NCBI GenBank assembly: GCA_964057225.1
Contig: CAXKVF010000078.1
Span: 62,001-126,000, forward strand
Origin: Auanema rhodensis
Taxonomy: Eukaryota > Animalia > Nematoda
DNA length: 64,000 nt
Direction of reading: 5' to 3'
Below, one piece after another: positions 26,929 through 42,600 of the stretch (position 1 is the first letter of the stretch; each line of letters starts with the position of its first letter). Position numbers and translations under genes: made by a program. A model generated the notes under the pieces. That model was given only the letters and a program-made list of their open reading frames with translations, was not told the DNA's origin and did no database searches.

Positions 26929-29900
26929 TGAAAACCGCATCTCTTTATCTTTCACGTGAAGCGAGTTACATACCAAGTGCACATCACGTGTACATTTAAT
27001 TAGCATAAATTAAAGTTCACGTAAATTTCAAAGTCATGGTTACCATGAAGCAATATCAATAAAAATTTGTTTTTAGACTAATATGGACATGGGGAATCTA
27101 ATTTTGCAAACCGCATCTCTTTATCTTTCACGTGAAGCGAGTTACATACCAAGTGCACATCACGTGTACATTTAATTTAGCATAAATTAAAGTTCACGTA
27201 AATTTCAAAGTCATGGTTACCATGAACCAATATCAATAAAAATTTGTTTTTAGACTAATATGGACATGGGGAATCTAATTTTGAAAACCGCATCTCTTTA
27301 TCTTTCACGTGAAGCGAGTTACATACCAAGTGCACATCACGTGTACATTTAATTAGCATAAATTAAAGTTCACGTAAATTTCAAAGTCATGGTTACCATG
27401 AACCAATATCAATAAAAATTTGTTTTTAGACTAATATGGACATGGGGAATCTAATTTTGAAAACCGCATTTCTTTATCTTTCACGTGAAGCGAGTTACAT
27501 ACCAAGTGCACATCACGTGTACATTTAATTAGCATAAATTAAAGTTCACGTAAATTTCAAAGTCATGGTTACCATGCACCAATATCAATAAAAATTTGTT
27601 TTTAGACTAATATGGACATGGGGAATCTAATTTTGAAAACCGCATCTCTTTATCTTTCACGTGAAGCGAGTTACATACCAAGTGCACATCACGTGTACAT
27701 TTAATTAGCATAAATTAAAGTTCACGTAAATTTCAAAGTCATGGTTACCATGAACCAATATCAATAAAAATTTGTTTTTAGACTAATATGGACATGGGGA
27801 ATCTAATTTTGGAAACCGCATCTCTTTATCTTTCACGTGAAGCGAGTTACATACCAAGTGCACATCACGTGTACATTTAATTAGCATAAATTAAAGTTCA
27901 CGTAAACTTCAAAGTCATGGTTACCATGAAGCAATATCAATAAAAATTTGTTTTTAGACTAATATGGACATGGGGAATCTAATTTTGAAAACCGCATCTC
28001 TTTATCTTTCACGTGAAGCGAGTTACATACCAAGTGCACATCACGTGTACATTTAATTAGCATAAATTAAAGTTCACGTAAATTTCAAAGTCATGGTTAC
28101 CATGAACCAATATCAATAAAAATTTGTGTTTAGACTAATATGAACATGGGGAATCTAATTTTGAAAACCGCATCTCTTTATCTTTCACGTGAAGCGAGTT
28201 ACATACCAAGTGCACATCACGTGTACATTTAATTAGCATAAATTAAAGTTCACGTAAATTTCAAAGTCATGGTTACCATGAACCAATATCAATAAAAATT
28301 TGTTTTTAGACTAATATGGACATGGGGAATCTAATTTTGAAAACCGCATTTCTTTATCTTTCACGTGAAGCGAGTTACATACCAAGTGCACATCACGTGT
28401 ACATTTAATTAGCATAAATTAAAGTTCACGTAAATTTCAAAGTCATGGTTACCATGCACCAATATCAATAAAAATTTGTTTTTAGACTAATATGGACATG
28501 GGGAATCTAATTTTGAAAACCGCATCTCTTTATCTTTCACGTGAAGCGAGTTACATACCAAGTGCACATCACGTGTACATTTAATTAGCATAAATTAAAG
28601 TTCACGTAAATTTCAAAGTCATGGTTACCATGAACCAATATCAATAAAAATTTGTTTTTAGACTAATATGGACATGGGGAATCTAATTTTGAAAACCGCA
28701 TTTCTTTATCTTTCACGTGAAGCGAGTTACATACCAAGTGTACATCACGTGTACATTTAATTAGCATAAATTAAAGTTCACGTAAATTTCAAAGTCATGG
28801 TTACCATGCACCAATATCAATAAAAATTTGTTTTTAGACTAATATGGACATGGGGAATCTAATTTTGAAAACCGCATCTCTTTATCTTTCACGTGAAGCG
28901 AGTTACATACCAAGTGCACATCACGTGTACATTTAATTAGCATAAATTAAAGTTCACGTAAATTTCAAAGTCATGGTTACCATGAACCAATATCAATAAA
29001 AATTTGTTTTTAGACTAATATGGACATGGGGAATCTAATTTTGAAAACCGCATCTCTTTATCTTTCACGTGAAGCGAGTTACATACCAAGTGCACATCAC
29101 GTGTACATTTAATTAGCATAAATTAAAGTTCACGTAAATTTCAAAGTCATGGTTACCATGAACCAATATCAATAAAAATTTGTGTTTAGACTAATATGGA
29201 CATGGGGAATCTAATTTTGAAAACCGCATCTCTTTATCTTTCACGTGAAGCGAGTTACATACCAAGTGCACATCACGTGTACATTTAATTAGCATAAATT
29301 AAAGTTCACGTAAATTTCAAAGTCATGGTTACCATGCACCAATATCAATAAAAATTTGTTTTTAGACTAATATGGACATGGGGAATCTAATTTTGAAAAC
29401 CGCATCTCTTTATCTTTCACGTGAAGCGAGTTACATACCAAGTGCACATCACGTGTACATTTAATTAGCATAAATTAAAGTTCACGTAAATTTCAAAGTC
29501 ATGGTTACCATGAACCAATATCAATAAAAATTTGTTTTTAGACTAATATGGACATGGGGAATCTAATTTTGAAAACCGCATCTCTTTATCTTTCACGTGA
29601 AGCGAGTTACATACCAAGTGCACATCACGTGTACATTTAATTAGCATAAATTAAAGTTCACGTAAATTTCAAAGTCATGGTTACCATGAAGCAATATCAA
29701 TAAAAATTTGTTTTTAGACTAATATGGACATGGGGAATCTAATTTTGAAAACCGCATCTCTTTATCTTTCACGTGAAGCGAGTTACATACCAAGTGCACA
29801 TCACGTGTACATTTAATTAGCATAAATTAAAGTTCACGTAAATTTCAAAGTCATGGTTACCATGAAGCAATATCAATAAAAATTTGTTTTTAGACTAATA

Positions 29901-32900
29901 TGGACATGGGGAATCTAATTTTGCAAACCGCATCTCTTTATCTTTCACGTGAAGCGAGTTACATACCAAGTGCACATCACGTGTACATTTAATTTAGCAT
30001 AAATTAAAGTTCACGTAAATTTCAAAGTCATGGTTACCATGAACCAATATCAATAAAAATTTGTTTTTAGACTAATATGGACATGGGGAATCTAATTTTG
30101 AAAACCGCATCTCTTTATCTTTCACGTGAAGCGAGTTACATACCAAGTGCACATCACGTGTACATTTAATTAGCATAAATTAAAGTTCACGTAAATTTCA
30201 AAGTCATGGTTACCATGAACCAATATCAATAAAAATTTGTTTTTAGACTAATATGGACATGGGGAATCTAATTTTGAAAACCGCATTTCTTTATCTTTCA
30301 CGTGAAGCGAGTTACATACCAAGTGCACATCACGTGTACATTTAATTAGCATAAATTAAAGTTCACGTAAATTTCAAAGTCATGGTTACCATGCACCAAT
30401 ATCAATAAAAATTTGTTTTTAGACTAATATGGACATGGGGAATCTAATTTTGAAAACCGCATCTCTTTATCTTTCACGTGAAGCGAGTTACATACCAAGT
30501 GCACATCACGTGTACATTTAATTAGCATAAATTAAAGTTCACGTAAATTTCAAAGTCATGGTTACCATGCACCAATATCAATAAAAATTTGTTTTTAGAC
30601 TAATATGGACATGGGGAATCTAATTTTGAAAACCGCATCTCTTTATCTTTCACGTGAAGCGAGTTACATACCAAGTGCACATCACGTGTACATTTAATTA
30701 GCATAAATTAAAGTTCACGAAAATTTCAAAGTCATGGTTACCATGAACCAATATCAATAAAAATTTGTTTTTAGACTAATATGGACATGGGGAATTTAAT
30801 TTTGAAAACCGCATCTCTTTATCTTTCACGTGAAGCGAGTTACATACCAAGTGCACATCACGTGTACATTTAATTAGCATAAATTAAAGTTCACGTAAAT
30901 TTCAAAGTCATGGTTACCATGAAGCAATATCAATAAAAATTTGTTTTTAGACTAATATGGACATGGGGAATCTAATTTTGAAAACCGCATCTCTTTATCT
31001 TTCACGTGAAGCGAGTTACATACCAAGTGCACATCACGTGTACATTTAATTAGCATAAATTAAAGTTCACGTAAATTTCAAAGTCATGGTTACCATGAAC
31101 CAATATCAATAAAAATTTGTTTTTAGACTAATATGGACATGGGGAATCTAATTTTGAAAACCGCATCTCTTTATCTTTCACGTGAAGCGAGTTACATACC
31201 AAGTGCACATCACGTGTACATTTAATTAGCATAAATTAAAGTTCACGTAAATTTCAAAGTCATGGTTACCATGAAGCAATATCAATAAAAATTTGTTTTT
31301 AGACTAATATGGACATGGGGAATCTAATTTTGCAAACCGCATCTCTTTATCTTTCACGTGAAGCGAGTTACATACCAAGTGCACATCACGTGTACATTTA
31401 ATTTAGCATAAATTAAAGTTCACGTAAATTTCAAAGTCATGGTTACCATGAACCAATATCAATAAAAATTTGTTTTTAGACTAATATGGACATGGGGAAT
31501 CTAATTTTGAAAACCGCATCTCTTTATCTTTCACGTGAAGCGAGTTACATACCAAGTGCACATCACGTGTACATTTAATTAGCATAAATTAAAGTTCACG
31601 TAAATTTCAAAGTCATGGTTACCATGAACCAATATCAATAAAAATTTGTTTTTAGACTAATATGGACATGGGGAATCTAATTTTGAAAACCGCATTTCTT
31701 TATCTTTCACGTGAAGCGAGTTACATACCAAGTGCACATCACGTGTACATTTAATTAGCATAAATTAAAGTTCACGTAAATTTCAAAGTCATGGTTACCA
31801 TGCACCAATATCAATAAAAATTTGTTTTTAGACTAATATGGACATGGGGAATCTAATTTTGAAAACCGCATCTCTTTATCTTTCACGTGAAGCGAGTTAC
31901 ATACCAAGTGCACATCACGTGTACATTTAATTAGCATAAATTAAAGTTCACGTAAATTTCAAAGTCATGGTTACCATGAACCAATATCAATAAAAATTTG
32001 TTTTTAGACTAATATGGACATGGGGAATCTAATTTTGGAAACCGCATCTCTTTATCTTTCACGTGAAGCGAGTTACATACCAAGTGCACATCACGTGTAC
32101 ATTTAATTAGCATAAATTAAAGTTCACGTAAACTTCAAAGTCATGGTTACCATGAAGCAATATCAATAAAAATTTGTTTTTAGACTAATATGGACATGGG
32201 GAATCTAATTTTGAAAACCGCATCTCTTTATCTTTCACGTGAAGCGAGTTACATACCAAGTGCACATCACGTGTACATTTAATTAGCATAAATTAAAGTT
32301 CACGTAAATTTCAAAGTCATGGTTACCATGAACCAATATCAATAAAAATTTGTGTTTAGACTAATATGGACATGGGGAATCTAATTTTGAAAACCGCATC
32401 TCTTTATCTTTCACGTGAAGCGAGTTACATACCAAGTGCACATCACGTGTACATTTAATTAGCATAAATTAAAGTTCACGTAAATTTCAAAGTCATGGTT
32501 ACCATGAACCAATATCAATAAAAATTTGTTGTTAGACTAATATGGACATGGGGAATCTAATTTTGAAAACCGCATTTCTTTATCTTTCACGTGAAGCGAG
32601 TTACATACCAAGTGCACATCACGTGTACATTTAATTAGCATAAATTAAAGTTCACGTAAATTTCAAAGTCATGGTTACCATGCACCAATATCAATAAAAA
32701 TTTGTTTTTAGACTAATATGGACATGGGGAATCTAATTTTGAAAACCGCATCTCTTTATCTTTCACGTGAAGCGAGTTACATACCAAGTGCACATCACGT
32801 GTACATTTAATTAGCATAAATTAAAGTTCACGTAAATTTCAAAGTCATGGTTACCATGAACCAATATCAATAAAAATTTGTTTTTAGACTAATATGGACA

Positions 32901-33092
32901 TGGGGAATCTAATTTTGAAAACCGCATTTCTTTATCTTTCACGTGAAGCGAGTTACATACCAAGTGTACATCACGTGTACATTTAATTAGCATAAATTAA
33001 AGTTCACGTAAATTTCAAAGTCATGGTTACCATGCACCAATATCAATAAAAATTTGTTTTTAGACTAATATGGACATGGGGAATCTAATTTT
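26929..33092. repeat. ~11-monomer block repeated at a 4226-bp offset (24 monomers + 2 nt), with an additional partial copy near 29.7-30.5 kb
   Basis: Marker pairs 27107/31333 (TTTTGCAAA), 27812/32038 (TTTTGGAAA), 28128/32354 (TTGTGTTT) and 28741/32967 (AGTGTACAT) all differ by 4226. A third TTTTGCAAA marker lies at 29924. Confidence 0.88.
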
Positions 33093-33619
33093 AAAAACCG
33101 CATTTCTTTATCTTTCACGTGAAGCGAGTTACATACCAAGTGCACATCACGTGTACATTTAATTAGCATAAATTAAAGTTCACGTAAATTTCAAAGTCAT
33201 GGTTACCATGCACCAATATCAATAAAAATTTGTTTTTAGACTAATATGGACATGGGGAATCTAATTTTGAAAACCGCATCTCTTTATCTTTCACGTGAAG
33301 CGAGTTACATACCAAGTGCACATCACGTGTACATTTAATTAGCATAAATTAAAGTTCACGTAAATTTCAAAGTCATGGTTACCATGCACCAATATCAATA
33401 AAAATTTGTTTTTAGACTAATATGGACATGGGGAATCTAATTTTGAAAACCGCATCTCTTTATCTTTCACGTGAAGCGAGTTACATACCAAGTGCACATC
33501 ACGTGTACATTTAATTAGCATAAATTAAAGTTCACGTAAATTTCAAAGTCATGGTTACCATGAACCAATATCAATAAAAATTTGTTTTTAGACTAATATG
33601 GACATGGGGAATCTAATTT

Positions 33620-36600
33620 TGAAAACCGCATCTCTTTATCTTTCACGTGAAGCGAGTTATATACCAAGTGCACATCACGTGTACATTTAATTAGCATAAA
33701 TTAAAGTTCACGTAAATTTCAAAGTCATGGTTACCATGCACCAATATCAATAAAAAGTTGTTTTTAGACTAATATGGACATGGGGAATCTAATTTTGAAA
33801 ACCGCATCTCTTTATCTTTCACGTGAAGCGAGTTACATACCAAGTGCACATCACGTGTACATTTAATTAGCATAAATTAAAGTTCACGTAAATTTCAAAG
33901 TCATGGTTACCATGAACCAATATCAATAAAAATTTGTTTTCAGACTAATATGGACATGGGGAATCTAATTTTGAAAACCGCATCTCTTTATCTTTCACGT
34001 GAAGCGAGTTACATACCAAGTGCACATCACGTGTACATTTAATTAGCATAAATTAAAGTTCACGTAAATTTCAAAGTCATGGTTACCATGAAGCAATATC
34101 AATAAAAATTTGTTTTGAGACTAATATGGACATGGGGAATCTAATTTTGAAAACCGCATCTCTTTATCTTTCACGTGAAGCGAGTTACATACCAAGTGCA
34201 CATCACGTGTACATTTAATTAGCATAAATTAAAGTTCACGTAAATTTCAAAGTCATGGTTACCATGAACCAATATCAATAAAAATTTGTTTTTAGACTAA
34301 TATGGACATGGGGAATCTAATTTTGAAAACCGCATTTCTTTATCTTTCACGTGAAGCGAGTTACATACCAAGTGCACATCACGTGTACATTTAATTAGCA
34401 TAAATTAAAGTTCACGTAAATTTCAAAGTCATGGTTACCATGCACCAATATCAATAAAAATTTGTTTTTAGACTAATATGGACATGGGGAATCTAATTTT
34501 GAAAACCGCATCTCTTTATCTTTCACGTGAAGCGAGTTACATACCAAGTGCACATCACGTGTACATTTAATTAGCATAAATTAAAGTTCACGTAAACTTC
34601 AAAGTCATGGTTACCATGAAGCAATATCAATAAAAATTTGTTTTTAGACTAATATGGACATGGGGAATCTAATTTTGAAAACCTCATCTCTTTATCTTTC
34701 ACGTGAAGCGAGTTACATACCAAGTGCACATCACGTGTACATTTAATTAGCATAAATTAAAGTTCACGTAAATTTCAAAGTCATGGTTACCATGAACCAA
34801 TATCAATAAAAATTTGTTTTTAGACTAATATGGACATGGGGAATCTAATTTTGAAAACCGCATCTCTTTATCTTTCACGTGAAGCGAGTTACATACCGAG
34901 TGCACATCACGTGTACATTTAATTAGCATAAATTAAAGTTCACGTAAATTTCAAAGTCATGGTTACCATGAAGCAATATTAATAAAAATTTGTTTTTAGA
35001 CTAATATGGACATGGGGAATCTAATTTTGAAAACCGCATCTCTTTATCTTTCACGTGAAGCGAGTTATATACCAAGTGCACATCACGTGTACATTTAATT
35101 AGCATAAATTAAAGTTCACGTAAATTTCAAAGTCATGGTTACCATGCACCAATATCAATAAAAATTTGTTTTTAGACTAATATGGACATGGGGAATCTAA
35201 TTTTGAAAACCGCATCTCTTTATCTTTCACGTGAAGCGAGTTACATACCAAGTGCACATCACGTGTACATTTAATTAGCATAAATTAAAGTTCACGTAAA
35301 TTTCAAAGTCATGGTTACCATGAACCAATATCAATAAAAATTTGTTTTCAGACTAATATGGACATGGGGAATCTAATTTTGAAAACCGCATCTCTTTATC
35401 TTTCACGTGAAGCGAGTTACATACCAAGTGCACATCACGTGTACATTTAATTAGCATAAATTAAAGTTCACGTAAATTTCAAAGTCATGGTTACCATGAA
35501 GCAATATTAATAAAAATTTGTTTTTAGACTAATATGGACATGGGGAATCTAATTTTGAAAACCGCATCTCTTTATCTTTCACGTGAAGCGAGTTATATAC
35601 CAAGTGCACATCACGTGTACATTTAATTAGCATAAATTAAAGTTCACGTAAATTTCAAAGTCATGGTTACCATGCACCAATATTAATAAAAATTTGTTGT
35701 TAGACTAATATGGACATGGGGAATCTAATTTTGAAAACCGCATCTCTTTATCTTTCACGTGAAGCGAGTTACATACCAAGTGCACATCACGTGTACATTT
35801 AATTAGCATAAATTAAAGTTCACGTAAATTTCAAAGTCATGGTTACCATGAACCAATATCAATAAAAATTTGTTGTTAGACTAATATGGACATGGGGAAT
35901 CTAATTTTGAAAACCGCATTTCTTTATCTTTCACGTGAAGCGAGTTACATACCAAGTGCACATCACGTGTACATTTAATTAGCATAAATTAAAGTTCACG
36001 TAAATTTCAAAGTCATGGTTACCATGCACCAATATCAATAAAAATTTGTTTTTAGACTAATATGGACATGGGGAATCTAATTTTGAAAACCGCATCTCTT
36101 TATCTTTCACGTGAAGCGAGTTACATACCAAGTGCACATCACGTGTACATTTAATTAGCATAAATTAAAGTTCACGTAAATTTCAAAGTCATGGTTACCA
36201 TGAACCAATATCAATAAAAATTTGTTTTCAGACTAATATGGACATGGGGAATCTAATTTTGAAAACCGCATCTCTTTATCTTTCACGTGAAGCGAGTTAC
36301 ATACCAAGTGCACATCACGTGTACATTTAATTAGCATAAATTAAAGTTCACGTAAATTTCAAAGTCATGGTTACCATGAAGCAATATCAATAAAAATTTG
36401 TTTTTAGACTAATATGGACATGGGGAATCTAATTTTGAAAACCGCATCTCTTTATCTTTCACGTGAAGCGAGTTACATACCAAGTGCACATCACGTGTAC
36501 ATTTAATTAGCATAAATTAAAGTTCACGTAAATTTCAAAGTCATGGTTACCATGAACCAATATCAATAAAAATTTGTTTTTAGACTAATATGGACATGGG

Positions 36601-39600
36601 GAATCTAATTTTGAAAACCGCATTTCTTTATCTTTCACGTGAAGCGAGTTACATACCAAGTGCACATCACGTGTACATTTAATTAGCATAAATTAAAGTT
36701 CACGTAAATTTCAAAGTCATGGTTACCATGCACCAATATCAATAAAAATTTGTTTTCAGACTAATATGGACATGGGGAATCTAATTTTGAAAACTGCATC
36801 TCTTTATCTTTCACGTGAAGCGAGTTACATACCAAGTGCACATCACGTGTACATTTAATTAGCATAAATTAAAGTTCACGTAAATTTCAAAGTCATGGTT
36901 ACCATGAACCAATATCAATAAAAATTTGTTTTTAGACTAATATGGACATGGGGAATCTAATTTTGAAAACCGCATCTCTTTATCTTTCACGTGAAGCGAG
37001 TTACATACCAAGTGCACATCACGTGTACATTTAATTAGCATAAATTAAAGTTCACGTAAACTTCAAAGTCATGGTTACCATGAAGCAATATCAATAAAAA
37101 TTTGTTTTTAGACTAATATGGACATGGGGAATCTAATTTTGAAAACCGCATCTCTTTATCTTTCACGTGAAGCGAGTTACATACCAAGTGCACATCACGT
37201 GTACATTTAATTAGCATAAATTAAAGTTCACGTAAATTTCAAAGTCATGGTTACCATGAACCAATATCAATAAAAATTTGTTTTTAGACTAATATGGACA
37301 TGGGGAATCTAATTTTGAAAACCGCATCTCTTTATCTTTCACGTGAAGCGAGTTACATACCGAGTGCACATCACGTGTACATTTAATTAGCATAAATTAA
37401 AGTTCACGTAAATTTCAAAGTCATGGTTACCATGAAGCAATATTAATAAAAATTTGTTTTTAGACTAATATGGACATGGGGAATCTAATTTTGAAAACCG
37501 CATCTCTTTATCTTTCACGTGAAGCGAGTTATATACCAAGTGCACATCACGTGTACATTTAATTAGCATAAATTAAAGTTCACGTAAATTTCAAAGTCAT
37601 GGTTACCATGCACCAATATCAATAAAAATTTGTTTTTAGACTAATATGGACATGGGGAATCTAATTTTGAAAACCGCATCTCTTTATCTTTCACGTGAAG
37701 CGAGTTACATACCAAGTGCACATCACGTGTACATTTAATTAGCATAAATTAAAGTTCACGTAAATTTCAAAGTCATGGTTACCATGAACCAATATCAATA
37801 AAAATTTGTTTTCAGACTAATATGGACATGGGGAATCTAATTTTGAAAACCGCATCTCTTTATCTTTCACGTGAAGCGAGTTACATACCAAGTGCACATC
37901 ACGTGTACATTTAATTAGCATAAATTAAAGTTCACGTAAATTTCAAAGTCATGGTTACCATGAAGCAATATTAATAAAAATTTGTTTTTAGACTAATATG
38001 GACATGGGGAATCTAATTTTGAAAACCGCATCTCTTTATCTTTCACGTGAAGCGAGTTATATACCAAGTGCACATCACGTGTACATTTAATTAGCATAAA
38101 TTAAAGTTCACGTAAATTTCAAAGTCATGGTTACCATGCACCAATATCAATAAAAATTTGTTTTTAGACTAATATGGACATGGGGAATCTAATTTTGAAA
38201 ACCGCATCTCTTTATCTTTCACGTGAAGCGAGTTACATACCAAGTGCACATCACGTGTACATTTAATTAGCATAAATTAAAGTTCACGTAAATTTCAAAG
38301 TCATGGTTACCATGAACCAATATCAATAAAAATTTGTTTTCAGACTAATATGGACATGGGGAATCTAATTTTGAAAACCGCATCTCTTTATCTTTCACGT
38401 GAAGCGAGTTACATACCAAGTGCACATCACGTGTACATTTAATTAGCATAAATTAAAGTTCACGTAAATTTCAAAGTCATGGTTACCATGAAGCAATATC
38501 AATAAAAATTTGTTTTTAGACTAATATGGACATGGGGAATCTAATTTTGAAAACCGCATCTCTTTATCTTTCACGTGAAGCGAGTTACATACCAAGTGCA
38601 CATCACGTGTACATTTAATTAGCATAAATTAAAGTTCACGTAAATTTCAAAGTCATGGTTACCATGAACCAATATCAATAAAAATTTGTTTTTAGACTAA
38701 TATGGACATGGGGAATCTAATTTTGAAAACCGCATCTCTTTATCTTTCACGTGAAGCGAGTTACATACCAAGTGCACATCACGTGTACATTTAATTAGCA
38801 TAAATTAAAGTTCACGTAAAATTCAAAGTCATGGTTACCATGCACCAATATCAATAAAAATTTGTTTTTAGACTAATATGGACATGGGGAATCTAATTTT
38901 GAAAACCGCATCTCTTTATCTTTCACGTGAAGCGAGTTACATACCAAGTGCACATCACGTGTACATTTAATTAGCATAAATTAAAGTTCACGTAAATTTC
39001 AAAGTCATGGTTACCATGAACCAATATCAATAAAAATTTGTTTTTAGACTAATATGGACATGGGGAATCTAATTTTGAAAACCGCATCTCTTTATCTTTC
39101 ACGTGAAGCGAGTTACATACCAAGTGCACATCACGTGTACATTTAATTAGCATAAATTAAAGTTCACGTAAATTTCAAAGTCATGGTTACCATGAACCAA
39201 TATCAATAAAAATTTGTTTTTAGACTAATATGGACATGGGGAATCTAATTTTGAAAACCGCATCTCTTTATCTTTCACGTGAAGCGAGTTATATACCAAG
39301 TGCACATCACGTGTACATTTAATTAGCATAAATTAAAGTTCACGTAAATTTCAAAGTCATGGTTACCATGCACCAATATCAATAAAAATTTGTTTTTAGA
39401 CTAATATGGACATGGGGAATCTAATTTTGAAAACCGCATCTCTTTATCTTTCACGTGAAGCGAGTTACATACCAAGTGCACATCACGTGTACATTTAATT
39501 AGCATAAATTAAAGTTCACGTAAATTTCAAAGTCATGGTTACCATGAACCAATATCAATAAAAATTTGTTTTCAGACTAATATGGACATGGGGAATCTAA

Positions 39601-42600
39601 TTTTGAAAACCGCATCTCTTTATCTTTCACGTGAAGCGAGTTATATACCAAGTGCACATCACGTGTACATTTAATTAGCATAAATTAAAGTTCACGTAAA
39701 TTTCAAAGTCATGGTTACCATGCACCAATATCAATAAAAATTTGTTTTTAGACTAATATGGACATGGGGAATCTAATTTTGAAAACCGCATCTCTTTATC
39801 TTTCACGTGAAGCGAGTTACATACCAAGTGCACATCACGTGTACATTTAATTAGCATAAATTAAAGTTCACGTAAATTTCAAAGTCATGGTTACCATGAA
39901 CCAATATCAATAAAAATTTGTTTTCAGACTAATATGGACATGGGGAATCTAATTTTGAAAACCGCATCTCTTTATCTTTCACGTGAAGCGAGTTATATAC
40001 CAAGTGCACATCACGTGTACATTTAATTAGCATAAATTAAAGTTCACGTAAATTTCAAAGTCATGGTTACCATGCACCAATATCAATAAAAAGTTGTTTT
40101 TAGACTAATATGGACATGGGGAATCTAATTTTGAAAACCGCATCTCTTTATCTTTCACGTGAAGCGAGTTACATACCAAGTGCACATCACGTGTACATTT
40201 AATTAGCATAAATTAAAGTTCACGTAAATTTCAAAGTCATGGTTACCATGAACCAATATCAATAAAAATTTGTTTTCAGACTAATATGGACATGGGGAAT
40301 CTAATTTTGAAAACCGCATCTCTTTATCTTTCACGTGAAGCGAGTTACATACCAAGTGCACATCACGTGTACATTTAATTAGCATAAATTAAAGTTCACG
40401 TAAATTTCAAAGTCATGGTTACCATGAAGCAATATCAATAAAAATTTGTTTTGAGACTAATATGGACATGGGGAATCTAATTTTGAAAACCGCATCTCTT
40501 TATCTTTCACGTGAAGCGAGTTACATACCAAGTGCACATCACGTGTACATTTAATTAGCATAAATTAAAGTTCACGTAAATTTCAAAGTCATGGTTACCA
40601 TGAACCAATATCAATAAAAATTTGTTTTTAGACTAATATGGACATGGGGAATCTAATTTTGAAAACCGCATTTCTTTATCTTTCACGTGAAGCGAGTTAC
40701 ATACCAAGTGCACATCACGTGTACATTTAATTAGCATAAATTAAAGTTCACGTAAATTTCAAAGTCATGGTTACCATGCACCAATATCAATAAAAATTTG
40801 TTTTTAGACTAATATGGACATGGGGAATCTAATTTTGAAAACCGCATCTCTTTATCTTTCACGTGAAGCGAGTTACATACCAAGTGCACATCACGTGTAC
40901 ATTTAATTAGCATAAATTAAAGTTCACGTAAACTTCAAAGTCATGGTTACCATGAAGCAATATCAATAAAAATTTGTTTTTAGACTAATATGGACATGGG
41001 GAATCTAATTTTGAAAACCGCATCTCTTTATCTTTCACGTGAAGCGAGTTACATACCAAGTGCACATCACGTGTACATTTAATTAGCATAAATTAAAGTT
41101 CACGTAAATTTCAAAGTCATGGTTACCATGAACCAATATCAATAAAAATTTGTTTTTAGACTAATATGGACATGGGGAATCTAATTTTGAAAACCGCATC
41201 TCTTTATCTTTCACGTGAAGCGAGTTACATACCGAGTGCACATCACGTGTACATTTAATTAGCATAAATTAAAGTTCACGTAAATTTCAAAGTCATGGTT
41301 ACCATGAAGCAATATTAATAAAAATTTGTTTTTAGACTAATATGGACATGGGGAATCTAATTTTGAAAACCGCATCTCTTTATCTTTCACGTGAAGCGAG
41401 TTATATACCAAGTGCACATCACGTGTACATTTAATTAGCATAAATTAAAGTTCACGTAAATTTCAAAGTCATGGTTACCATGCACCAATATCAATAAAAA
41501 TTTGTTTTTAGACTAATATGGACATGGGGAATCTAATTTTGAAAACCGCATCTCTTTATCTTTCACGTGAAGCGAGTTACATACCAAGTGCACATCACGT
41601 GTACATTTAATTAGCATAAATTAAAGTTCACGTAAATTTCAAAGTCATGGTTACCATGAACCAATATCAATAAAAATTTGTTTTCAGACTAATATGGACA
41701 TGGGGAATCTAATTTTGAAAACCGCATCTCTTTATCTTTCACGTGAAGCGAGTTACATACCAAGTGCACATCACGTGTACATTTAATTAGCATAAATTAA
41801 AGTTCACGTAAATTTCAAAGTCATGGTTACCATGAAGCAATATTAATAAAAATTTGTTTTTAGACTAATATGGACATGGGGAATCTAATTTTGAAAACCG
41901 CATCTCTTTATCTTTCACGTGAAGCGAGTTATATACCAAGTGCACATCACGTGTACATTTAATTAGCATAAATTAAAGTTCACGTAAATTTCAAAGTCAT
42001 GGTTACCATGCACCAATATCAATAAAAATTTGTTTTTAGACTAATATGGACATGGGGAATCTAATTTTGAAAACCGCATCTCTTTATCTTTCACGTGAAG
42101 CGAGTTACATACCAAGTGCACATCACGTGTACATTTAATTAGCATAAATTAAAGTTCACGTAAATTTCAAAGTCATGGTTACCATGAACCAATATCAATA
42201 AAAATTTGTTTTCAGACTAATATGGACATGGGGAATCTAATTTTGAAAACCGCATCTCTTTATCTTTCACGTGAAGCGAGTTACATACCAAGTGCACATC
42301 ACGTGTACATTTAATTAGCATAAATTAAAGTTCACGTAAATTTCAAAGTCATGGTTACCATGAAGCAATATCAATAAAAATTTGTTTTTAGACTAATATG
42401 GACATGGGGAATCTAATTTTGAAAACCGCATCTCTTTATCTTTCACGTGAAGCGAGTTACATACCAAGTGCACATCACGTGTACATTTAATTAGCATAAA
42501 TTAAAGTTCACGTAAATTTCAAAGTCATGGTTACCATGAACCAATATCAATAAAAATTTGTTTTTAGACTAATATGGACATGGGGAATCTAATTTTGAAA

